Positions 26,665 through 39,217 of a stretch of 64,000 nt of DNA are shown one piece after another. A program made the translations under genes and the position numbers. Below the pieces are notes generated by a model, which was given only the letters and a program-made list of their open reading frames with translations, was not told where the DNA came from and searched no databases. Positions within the stretch are counted from its first letter, which is position 1, and the number at the start of each line of letters is the position of its first letter. The stretch is from Chrysomallon squamiferum (Eukaryota; Animalia; Mollusca): assembly GCA_012295275.1 (NCBI GenBank), contig CM022679.1, positions 3,348,001 through 3,412,000 of the forward strand, written 5' to 3'.

Positions 26665-28047
26665 ATAATTATTTCAAAAATAATTTGTGGTTCATGAAAA
26701 GTATTTTTTTTTCTAAATTTATACACGAAAGAAATATAATTTTACTTATGTATATAAATAATTATACAACACTGGCAAAATAAGTTTTGTTTTCACTGTT
26801 GTTCTTTTTAATTTATGTTGGGGGTTTTTTGCTTTTGTTTTCACATTATAAATATTAAAATATTAGTTCAAACTGATTTAATCGTGGATAGTATCTGATT
26901 GTTAAACTGAAAATGTTACGACTAAAAAAACATTAACAATAAAGTGTTCAAAGCAGACGTTTCGCTTTGATTATGTTAATAACTAACAAAGAGCAGATTA
27001 CTGTCGTTCTATCATACAATGATTTTTGAACTGGATACTGCTGTTGAGCGAGGTCAAGGTCGTGCAGCTACATAGCTGTCGTATGGCGTTTTGTGACTCA
27101 CGTAGTGAGAACCTGAAAAGACGAAACCGTTAGTACACTGCGTCAATATAGCAGCATAAACTGAATGCTTCCCAAGAAGAGATATATATGTTGGTCAGAA
27201 AAATCTGTGAGTCAGAAAAATAATAAAATGAACGTCTTGAGCAAGCATTATGTAAGGAATTATTTACTGCGTAAGTCTCCAACAATTGTCGGAGATGGAA
27301 AAGTGGTCTCAAAACAAGAACTTTCAGTCTCAAATCTTAATTTCTTATACGAGATGTCAAACTGTTTCAGATATTAAGGCGTAAAATCACATTTTCAAAG
27401 TATCTCTTGAAATCTTGACATTTTAATTGATGTCACTGCTCTTTTCGTTCTAATCTGCATGTGAAAGCATACTTTCAGATTCATGTCAGTTAGTGCGGCT
27501 GACAGTATACAGCTGAGTCAAGTCAGCTTTGAGTAAGGATCAAATTGGATCTGACATATTTTAATCTTATCTAGAAGAATGTCAGAAAAACGTTTTGCTA
27601 CTAAAGTTTATACTCTGTAAAAATAAAAACAACAGGTCTTTAACTGATGTTAAACAGATCTGTATTGATTATGTTTTCTTACATCGATTATAAACTCAAA
27701 TGGTTGCGATAAAACATGTAGATATTAGATATTTAACATTACAATCAAACACTATTTCGATATAGCAAACGAAATTGGAAACATTTACAGTAATTTAAAA
27801 AAAATATACAATAGACAAAAAGTTTATTATGACATCAGGACAAATGAGATGAAGCTTTCAAGAAAGTAAGAGAAAACAACAACAACAACAACAACAAAAA
27901 AGGGTGTGAAGAATATACATATTTATGCACGAGGTAAAATATAGTAATTTTGTGAAATGTTTCGAGTATAAACAGTCTCTTCAGCCTTAATGATTCGTTT
28001 CTTATTTTCATCACCTTACTTCCAGATATTTGAGAAAAGTAACAGAA

Positions 28048-28086
<39 letters not shown>

Positions 28087-28613
28087 AAAAAAAGAAACAA
28101 AAAATATAAATAAATAAATAAATAAAATAAAGAACCAAAGTACGGACCATCAGTAATTTATTCACGACAAATTTAATTTAAAACCAAAGTCATCATAGAT
28201 GCTTACGTGTTTAATATTTTATACCAAATATATCTGATTTTAAATGATTTTATAATGGCAATTTGACAGTAAATTTTATACCAGTAGTATATTATGTATA
28301 ATCTCACTTGGCATTTAAATAAACAAAATAAATAACATGTTAATTTTATTTGTATTTAATAGTAATGTGTATTTAGTCACATGAATTGTATTCTCATTGT
28401 TTATTCTCTTCATGTTTCATGTATATTTTTCAATCGCTTTGTATGCAGTAAAGCTGATTAAACAAGTATTTATCGGTGCCATTTTATGTAATAAATACGA
28501 TAGGCGTATTATTATTTATGTTTGCCTTGTTGTTACTTTTTTTTTGGTTTTTATATGCGTTTTTGTTAACCTTTTTTCAACTGATACTTTAATTCTACCT
28601 TGTACTTCAGTGG

Positions 28614-28655
<42 letters not shown>

Positions 28656-30269
28656 ACGTTGAATATAGTTTTAATATATATATTAAGGAAAACAAAAATC
28701 CCTTAGATTTTGAACATAAATTAACTATTATCAGGTATTAACAGAAATACGTATTCTGATACACGGTTCCAAACTATATTCATGAAAATTAGACGAAAAG
28801 AATTTAAAATAATTAAAAAGGAATAATAAAGATAGTGAATCAGTAACTTAATTATAATACTGGATTAATCAATAGTAGGTCTCAAATTATATTGTAATAT
28901 ATTCGAACTATGTATTCACCATAAATCAGTATGCTATCAATTAGCGCTATTTAGAATATCAAGTAGGAGTTAAGATACTGTTAAACGTACAATTTGATGG
29001 CAATTTTTGAATGTTACAAGCAGATATGTATTTTTTTCAAATGTTTTACGTTTTTTTTTTTTTTTTAAATATTTCTTATCTTAGTTATATTGTATAATCA
29101 CAAAAGATATGTACTGTGCTTTGAATAACTTATATACAAAAAATGTAATAAGCTGCACCAGCTTTAAATTGTATACCTTGCGCTGTAATGAAATATCCTT
29201 TACAATTTAATCTATACAAGGTTCAGTATTGTTACAGTCTGAAGACCTTTTGTCCTTTGAAAGTGGGTAAATATTTGTATTATTGGTATAAATTCAAAAT
29301 CAACTCACAACAAACACTTAACGTTTATCTTAGTTGACGGAACCTCATTAGTGCCTCTTTGCCAAACTTGTTTTTAATCGTAATTTTGTATTCTGTTTAG
29401 TGAATTATGTAATATTCGCAAAACCGTTATTTGTATTTGCCCTTTTAAAGCAGAATGTCTGCTACATTTTATCATTATTATATTACGGTAATATTTATTT
29501 GGCTATCGTGTATAATCATTTTTATAATTTATATTTTTACAGTTCTTAAACGTTTACGTAATTAATGTCAGAAAATGGGGACAAAAACGCAAAAATTCAA
29601 TAGCAGAGGTCATGCAGACGCACATGAGTTATTTAGAAGCGGTATAATTAGGGGAAGTTCCGTTATTTTATAAACTAAAAAAGCACTGGGATTACGTAAC
29701 TGATAATGGACATCAAAGTTGCAAAGTAAATTCAGAAAGGCTCTCTGCGGAGGTGTTTACTGAACGTCCGCGCGATGGTTATATAAGTAGTCAGCACGCG
29801 TGTTGAACGAGATCTCTTTGATCGGTGCCCTGCTTGAGACCCGTTGACTGAGGGGACCGTCTGCACAAGATAAAGGACCATTCAGGCAATGGTACATATG
29901 GCTTGACTGTGTTTGTTTTTTTAACATAGAAGATAGCTAAATCTATTACTGTTGGATTTTACTGTGTTATTCTATGGTACGTACTTACGCTTAAAAACTA
30001 AGATAACGTATGTTAATAATTAAAAGATTAGTTAGAATGTGAAAGTAACCAACTGGGCTTGATTAGTTTAGTATTATCTATCAACGCTATTTGCTGTTGT
30101 AGTGTATCGTTCGAATGGTACGATTTAACTATATATTACCCTTGAGGATCAATTTATGTAAAAATATATATATATACATATAAAACAATTTTTGTTTGTG
30201 TTATTGTTGTTTAGTGGATACAGAATAGTAATTTAGTAGTTTAAGTTGTCTCAGATAATTAACACCTTG

Positions 30270-30383
30270 TCACGTGACTCTATTATATATAGTCTGCTAC
30301 CCTTTAGATGGGACGAGCAAAATTTAATGTATTAATACAACTCAGACTAGTTACTGGAGACCCTTGGAGTTTCTAAAGTGAGA
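30270..30383 (+). promoter_or_regulatory. candidate promoter and non-coding first exon of paralog 3
   Basis: E-box CACGTG at 30270, TATA-like TATATATA at ~30284, and donor-like AA|GTGAGA at ~30378. The downstream signal exons have acceptors, which implies an upstream exon. Motif evidence only. Confidence 0.3.
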
Positions 30384-30759
30384 AACAATAATTATTCTTA
30401 TGTGCACTCCATTGCTTTCCAAAGAACAGCATTTACTTAACTATTATCATTTTAATCCCTGACTTAAAAACTCTGCCAAAAGTGTGGAAGTAGCAGGATC
30501 TACGTTTTCAAATTATTTAGATGCATGAACGGAATGGAAATGGTTAATTTCAGTCATTATGTATTTAAAATCATATCACCAATAAAAAAAATATTTGTTT
30601 GTTTGTAACAAACATACATGTAATAATTTATATATATTTATAACATGTAAATAGTCGTGACAGAAATTGTTTATAGATCTGAATTTCAACATAGTAAAGC
30701 ATTTCATTCTGCTGCTATGTTATTATTTATGAAAAAACGTACACATATATACAAGGAAA

Positions 30760-32200
30760 AACAACAACACTGAGGTTTCCATACCGATTACTTTGAATAG
30801 AGTTCAGTTTTTGAAAATGCTTTCATTTGCAATATCTGTGTTTATCTTTCTACCAGTGACAAATTCATCAGCTGAAGGTAAGTGTAACATTATTCATTTT
30901 CAGCCAGCTCTAATTTACATCTATCTATCTACCTACATATACCTACCTACTCACAAAAGAAAACAACAACACTGAGGTTTCCATACTGATTACTTTGAGT
31001 AGAGTTCAGTTTTTCAAAATGCTTTCGTTTGCAATATCTGTGTTTATCTTTCCAGCATTGAAAAATTCATCAGCTAAAGGTAAGTATAAAATTATTCATT
31101 TTCATCCAGCTAAATTTACACCTATCTGTCTATCTACATATACCTACCTACTTATTTACTTACATACATTCATATTCTAATGGTTGGTGCCATAAAAAGT
31201 TATGTGATGAAAAGTGAAACATTAGTTAAGCTGATTAGAATTAGTTTTATTAAACAGTACAGACAGCTTTATCTGAAAATATCACTTAATTTACTTCTTT
31301 AATTATCTTAATTTTTATCACATTTAGAGTTGACATCTTCTCTCACTGTAAAGTTTTATTAGTAGGAAAACCATTGATAGCAGTGACAAATTCATCAGCT
31401 GAAGGTAAGTGTAACATTATTCATTTTCAGCCAGCGCTAATTTACACCTATCTATCTACCTACATATACCTATCTACTCACAAAAGAAAACAACAACACT
31501 CAAGTTTCCATACCGATTACTTTGAATAGAGTTCAGTTTTTCAAAATGCTTTCGTTTGCAATATCTGTGTTTATCTTTCTAGGAATGACAAATTCATCAA
31601 CTAAAGGTAAGTGTAACATTATTCATTTTCATCCAGCGCTAATTTACACCTATCTATCTGCCTACATATACCTACCTACCTACTTACTTACATACATTCA
31701 TATTCTAATGGATGGTGCCATACAATGTTATGTAATGAAAAATGAAACATTAGTTAAGTTGATTAGAATTAGTCTTATTACACAATACAGACAGCTTTAT
31801 CTGAAATTATCACATAATTTACTGCTTTACTTATCTTAATTTTTATATCCCATTTAGAGTTGTCATCTTCTCTCAATGTAAAGTTTTATTAGTAGGAAAA
31901 CCATTGATAGCAGAAACCAAATGCAGCCAGGTTTCGTTTTTCTGTAAAGTTACATTCTCTTAACATATGTTTCTTCTAGATATTTACTTCTCATGATAGT
32001 ATTATTATTATTCCCATAAGAAATTCTTATTAAATTTTCTGGTTATTGCTTTGACGTGTTTCATTGTAAAATGCCAGGCAATCCTAGACTTCAAAATTTT
32101 AATATCATTATATCTTTATCTTTAAAAAATAAATAAAAATAAAAATATTTAGCAGAATGTTACGTCATCTGTGTTTATTTGTAGAACAGAAGTTTTCTTG
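30760..32200 (+). repeat. second signal-peptide exon array (3 complete + 1 partial copy) upstream of paralog 3
   Basis: Copies at 30817-30877, 31019-31079, 31381-31404 (3' half only) and 31546-31606; same repeat unit as 15130-19190. Confidence 0.9.
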
Positions 32201-35200
32201 AAGTGGCGAATGTAATTATTGTCTGATTAATGAATCTGGAAAAAAAAAAATCTTACTAAAACACAATAAAATTTAATCAGTTGCCAGATTTTGTGATAAA
32301 AATTCAAAGTTGAAGGACATTGAAAAGAGTATAGGAAGCAGTGGTTACAATTTGCAGATGCAGTTTTCTCAGATTTGTATTCTTTTTTTTTCAGATGAGT
32401 ACAGGATTGTTTGCTATTACACAAACTGGGCACAGTACAGATATGGAAAAGCAAAGTTTGTTCCAGAAAATATAGATCCTTCGTTATGCACTCATGTCAT
32501 TTTTGCTTTTGCTAGTTGGAATATGAAGCCTGTAACCTTTGAAGGTTAGAAATGAAGAAAATAATTGTTTTTGTATTTCATACTTTATAGAAATCTTTGC
32601 TAAACTTTGTCTTTACATATCGTACATTCTAAAGCACAAACTGGATTCAGTAAATGTTAAAAGATGAAAAAAAAGAAGACTCAGACATTCACTAAAAAGA
32701 CTTGTTATTTTTAGACATTAGCCAGTCCTAAATTATAATCGTATATAGTTCTTAATATAAGATTATTTCGAAACAGTCATTTATTCAAAATTAATATCTT
32801 ATTGTTTGGACGAACAAATGATATTTATTCATATTTTAAACTTTGGGTTGAATTAAGTCAACCCAGGCTTTCAGAAGTAATTTACTGCATCGAAAAGCTT
32901 GTACTTGTAGAAGTCTTCAATAATCATAAATGATCGGTATTCCAGTTGGAATATACCTAACCTTAGTCAGTTCAGTAAACCTCTGACATGTGCATTTACA
33001 TAACTATTAGATGCGCATAAAAAAGGCATAATAACTTCTACTGATATTTTCTGACAATCTAGCAAAATCTTGTTCTATCATTTAAAAGATTATGAACGGT
33101 ATCGTTACCAAATAAGTTATATCAATTTTTAAATTTATTTTTTAAATATTAGGTCGAAGAAGACTCTCGTTATATCTCCATATCCCAAAGCACAGTACTT
33201 TAAGATTGTGTTGTTAATAACCATACAGTATCATAGAACGACTCTTTAGGGTTTTTGTTTTTGGTAACAACATATATATGAATCTGTATTGGGAAGAATA
33301 TGTTACAATTAGTCATTCGATAGATAGATATACATAGAGATAGAAAAATATATATATTGATTGGTAAACAGATAGATAAAAAAAAAAATAATAATTAATG
33401 TATTTTTGATTAACACACACGCATAACATTTATCATTACGGTAAAAACATGAACTTAATGGGTCTCCTTTTTGTAGCAGAAGTGAGAGCTTTCGAATGGA
33501 ATGATGAATCTACTGGAGATTTCAAAGGAATGTAGGTTATTATAATTACTTCATATACGTAGATATTCGTCCATTTCTGAATCTATAAAAATATTATTGT
33601 ATAATTCTTTTTAAATATACCTGAATATATATTCCTTTGTTAAAATGTTGAAGAAAATTCGTATACTTATGTAAACAGGAATACGGTCGACATAGAAAAT
33701 GTTTGGAATAAGCTTTTAGTCAGATTAATATAAGAAATACTTTCATTTGTCTAAAGTAGGCGATGAAGAACAAAAGTAGTTTTGTCTTTGTCATTCTCAT
33801 TTTCAGTTCTTGTTAGATGCTGCGGAATTTTAAACAATACATACAGACACATATATACACACCAACACACAGATATATTCTTGATTTTATAACACATTAG
33901 TAATTAATGTTTTACTTGAAGGTATGAAAGGTTTCAAATAATTCTTGATCAGCATTCTAATGTTAAAAGACTTCTCGCTGTTGATGGATGGAGCAACTTA
34001 GCAAGCGCGGAAAATGATTATTTTAGATCATTCTCATCTCGCCGAATTATAATCAGAAGTGCACTCGATTTCATAACAAAACACAACTTTGATGGGATCG
34101 ATTTGCACTGGAAATTATCGGTTGGATCTGGACATGCAGGAAACATGGTTACATTCCGTCGCATTGTTCAGGTAAACTTAAACATCAAATTGACATGTCT
34201 GGTGTCTTTAATTGTTTTCTTTATTTAGTCTGCAGATATTCAGTATGTCAGCAGTTATCACATTTTACCATGACTCGATAGCAAATTTACAAAAATTAAA
34301 TTTTATCTTATACACCGCTGTTATGTTTAATTCAGACAGGTACAAGAAATGACTGCACGTTTCATAATATATTAAGTTTATACAGTTGTTATTACACAAG
34401 GCATTCCTGAAATATAATTATTCACAATTTCTTTCTTTAGGACATGAAGGTGGTCTTTCAGTCAGAAACTGAAAAATCGGGAAAAGAATTATTGTTGTCT
34501 GTAACTATAAATCCTGATTTTGAAAATGAGGAAATACAAAAAGCTTTGGCTGTTATATGCAGGTTGTATGAGCAATTAAATAAAATCGATCCCGAGAGAA
34601 TAGTATGAAATATGTGTGGCTTAATTATTAGCAAGAAACGTGATAAATCTCAAAATATTCTTTACTGAATGAATGAATGAATGAATGAATAAGTATTAGT
34701 CCAACGAAAAAAAAAAAAAAATAATAATAATAATAAAAACATTACTTATTTTAATGGAAATTTTGTTTCTGTATTAGAAATTGCAGATATGATTCTGTTT
34801 GACCAGAATTTTGTACGTACCTCGGTTTTGATAGTAGTCCACCCCAGCAAACACAAAGGTTCTGTGTTAGAAGTGGGCAGTATTTCTGAAATTCTTAAAT
34901 CCAAGCGAGCGAATAAGAAATAACATATGAAGTCATTTAAGTATCACGTTCAGATATGCTTGGTTTTATTGATATTGACTTTTTTTAAAGATGCTTTATC
35001 TTCTGAAGTTATAACTTTATACAATGTCATACTTTTTAGAAAAGTTGATTTCGTAAACGTCATGTCGTATGACTTCCATGGTCCTTGGGATGGAAGGACA
35101 GGACACATGAGTGCACTTTATGAAAGTAATCGTTTGATGATAAATAATGTTGTGAGTTTATGTGTCTATTATAACAAAAGATATGTAGCAATATTATTTA

Positions 35201-35410
35201 TAACCAAAAATAAAGTGATTGTAAAGGTGATTGTAAACACTTCTAATTTATAGTTCCACTTTTGCATAATATTAAAGTTTAGCTTTCTTATTTTTTTCCT
35301 TTGTGTGTGTGTGTGTGATGGTTTATTGAGGGTGTCTGTAACTTTTAAATAATTAATTTAGAGGTAAGTTCTATTTTATGTTTGCTATATATATATATAT
35401 ATATATATAT

Positions 35411-35469
<59 letters not shown>

Positions 35470-35870
35470 TAGATATAGATTATAGATATAGATATAGATA
35501 TAGATTATAGATATAGATATAGATATAGATATATAATTTTATATTTCGGCAGAATTTCATAATGCTATCTTGGTTATGTGTTCCATGTCATAAGCAAAAG
35601 TTAAATCTGGGTCTAGCATTCTACGGTCGATCGTTTACTCTCACATCAGATGAAACTGGTCTAAATGCGCCTGCTGCTCCAGGAAGACGTGGTTTGTACA
35701 CTCGAACTGATGGATTTCTGGCACATTACGAGGTCAGATATACACACGTTTGTCGCTGCGTGTGCGTGTGCGTGTGCGTCTCTGTCAAAACCAATAGTCA
35801 TTTCTTCATTAACTGATACATTTATTTAGTAATTGTTATCTTACTATTTTGGTTCCTGTATTTTGCTATG

Positions 35871-35927
<57 letters not shown>

Positions 35928-37861
35928 TTATTATTTTTTTTTTTTTTTTTATATATATATATATATATTAAATTAATTAGATATGCAAAATGAAGACTAA
36001 ATCCACTAAGGAGATTTACATGAACGATGGGAAGGTTTTCTACATGGTTCAAGGAAATCAGTGGGTAGCATATGAAAATGTGAAAAGTATTAGAGATAAA
36101 GTAAGATTTTTCTATCGATCTGTTTTGTTTTTATGTTGCTTAATGACCACGTTAGTTAATGTTCCTGAAGTGGGAAAGCCCAGATGCAGGCTAAAACACA
36201 TTTAACAGACAAGATGCGATAATTTCAGGAAATCGGCGTGAAATGCTCAGACATGGGCGAATGCATGTGAAACTAGCGGAAGTATTTAAAGCTGCAGTGC
36301 TCGGAATAACATCTCGTTTCCATTTCGATGTAGACGAGTTACAGCAGGCCAAGGCTAAGCTGTTTAAACGAAATATTGCAATAGGCCTCCTCCAGTTAGA
36401 TGAATCGCAGTCAGCAGTAGCACGCCACGTGCATTAGAACACCATTTCACGTCTCTGGGATAGATACCAGTTGAAGTTCGGCTCAGAAGCTGTATGAGAT
36501 TGCTACATCCAGGTTCTGCGCTTGCATATGGAAGTAAACCCGTTTTGAGAAGCGTTTTATAAACAGTTCATAAAAGACTTCGACACGTTGGTTTACATGT
36601 TAGAAAACCGTATGTTAGTCTCGTCCTGCGACATCGATATTTACGGTGTCTGTGTGGAACTTGGGGGTAATTGGGGAGAGAAGAACACTTATGTTCGTAC
36701 AAAGCTTCGTCGTCACATGCTTCCCATTTTGAATCGACAAAGAGAACTCTTTTAACAAAGGAATAATGTGCTGCCGTAGCATCAACCCCATTCAACAAAC
36801 GTGTGCGCCAGCATGAGCACAAACTTCGCACTGAACAAAGAATATGCCATACTAGGTATTGATTTCAGCAACCCCTTGCGATGCTGTTTGGAGATGAAAA
36901 CGCCTCCATGCCATCAGCCCACGGCAAGAGCATTGTCACAAAACTCATGTGAAACTGTACTGTGATACGATCATAAATAACGAAGTTATGCCACTTAGTA
37001 TCAAAAAAAAACAATTTCTATGAATATTTCGCCTAAGCATTTCTATTTAGGATATATATATATATATATATATATACAAACGTACACCAATCCATCTATC
37101 CATGCTCACATATATACATAAAGAGAAGTATACACTCTCAGAAACATGCAACCATACATACGCACACACATAGATATATAGATACACACGTACATAGATA
37201 CATACATATGCATATACATATATACATACAATTTACAGGTATGCTATGCGAAAAACGAAGGTTTTGGAGGAGTTATGATTTGGGCTCTAGATCTTGATGA
37301 CTTTAATGGGGAGTTTTGTGGAAAAGGAAAATGGCCGCTGTTAAAGGCTGTTAAAGATCAGATTGAAGGAAAACCTCCATGTGAACCAGTGACTAAGTAT
37401 GTGTTTATTACTTCAAAACGGATATCATGATGTCTATGATATTCTATAACAATTTCTGGATACAGTATTATATCGTTATATTACTTGATAAAACAATGCA
37501 TTTAACTTATTTTACGTAGATATGAAATCGAATAAACATATTTCGATTATTATCCTTATGATCAGTAATACATATGATATTCCTTCGAGAAGAAATAAGT
37601 CAAAATTTTATTCATTACAGAGCTTAATTAACATTATCACAAGAACACACTTTGCTATTTAAATTAGATCATACTTTAAATAAAGCAATTAAATTTAAGA
37701 CAATAAAAAAATATTATTAGTGTAAAGAGATTTACATTCTCGCAGAAATTATGAATTAAATGTAATTATGAGAATACTAATAGAGATATTCTTTTCATTG
37801 TGGTCCTTGGAGGAAGATTATGGCAGGTATATTTTTCTTATTTATTTTATGAATAATAATA

Positions 37862-37916
<55 letters not shown>

Positions 37917-38692
37917 TCCCTATTACAGAAAATGAAATCAGAGATATACTGTACAGCATTCCAGAATGGGAGCCGTTTTACAAAACGACTTAGTCTTATT
38001 TGAACGAATGTAATAATGTTGAAATATGACATTTATATTTCATTAATTAATGAAACTCTGGTGTCATTTCATGTGTTACAGACAGTTTTAGTGCTAGTTC
38101 AAACAGAAATCACTAACGTTTTGTTAATATTAAAAAATATTCTAAAGCCAGCTGGAAAGAAAAATGCTTCTTTAAAATCAATTATTTCTTCACTTTTTTT
38201 TTTTCCGTAACAGATGAAAGAGCAGTTTAGACATATATATAATTGTTTTATACTCTGTACGTGCTATCAGGGTAACTTATGTGTAATGTAATATACATAA
38301 TTATCATTCAATCACTGAATGCCGTTGCAAGATATGATCACTGTGCTTTTTGGGACGAACTGTATTTACTTCGATACATTCATTGTTATTTCCATATATA
38401 ATGATATTGTTCACAGTGACTACTTTAGTTATAATTACTGGCTTAGATCTTAAAATACCTTTCTGAAAATGTTTTTATTTTAAAAAATAACAATTACGTT
38501 GTTGTTTTTTAAGAAATATTTTCTTTTGATATTTTTTGTAGCCGATGCAACTGAACCTACCACACCAGGGAACGGTAAGTTCAGAAATAAAGCAACTAAT
38601 TTCATCTAAAATTTTATATTATTTAAGAATGCAGGATAAAAGAAATAACTGGTTACTGTCTTTTTCCTCGTCGGTTCGAATTAGGCATTATA

Positions 38693-38727
<35 letters not shown>

Positions 38728-39115
38728 CTGCATGCATGTGGTGTATATGAATTTATATATAAATCTTTCTTCTAATGAGATATTAAAGGTAGTAGATTCT
38801 TTCCATCGATCGGAAACTCCTAATCACTGTGATCTGCATGTAAATGTGAGATTATTAAAACAGAAGGTAAAACTAAAACTATTGTTTTAATCAAAATTAG
38901 GATTTCAGTGTAAATATATATTATTTATTTAAATAATTTTGTTTTATTATCATTTTATTATTGTTGTTGTTGTTGTTGTTGTTTATTTACTTATATATTA
39001 TTGCACTGACACATTTTTATTTTTTACAGACGCTATACAGGCAGGGGGGTGCACTGAAATGTTTCTTGCAAAACCACTCATAGAAGAAAGGAGTACAAAA
39101 GAAATGAACAGTTAA
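31546..39115 (+). CDS. GH18 chitinase-like protein (chi-lectin) paralog 3 with Thr/Pro linker and non-CBM14 tail, ~446 aa
   Basis: Exons 31546-31606 (or 30817/31019), 32395-32544, 33477-33531, 33922-34171 ([10 protein letters not shown]), 34441-34562, 35040-35151 ([15 protein letters not shown]), 35553-35732, 35981-36100 and 37239-37396. Probable further exons 37813-37826, 38542-38574 ([11 protein letters not shown]) and 39030-39115. Total 1341 nt, in frame; the last three exons are less certain. Confidence 0.82.
35386..35533. repeat. compound (TA)n/(GATA)n/(GATATA)n microsatellite
   Basis: Visible directly in intron 6 of paralog 3. Confidence 0.95.
36240..36680 (+). mobile_element. Tc1-family transposase remnant (N-terminal HTH region) in intron 8 of paralog 3
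   Basis: Reads [34 protein letters not shown] and [17 protein letters not shown], typical Tc1/Tc3 HTH segments, with stops and frameshifts. Confidence 0.75.
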
Positions 39116-39184
39116 AAACAACAAACTACCCTTGAAAATTCAACCGTTTTAATTATTTTATTAAGTGACAATTCGAAAAAAAAA

Positions 39185-39217
<33 letters not shown>

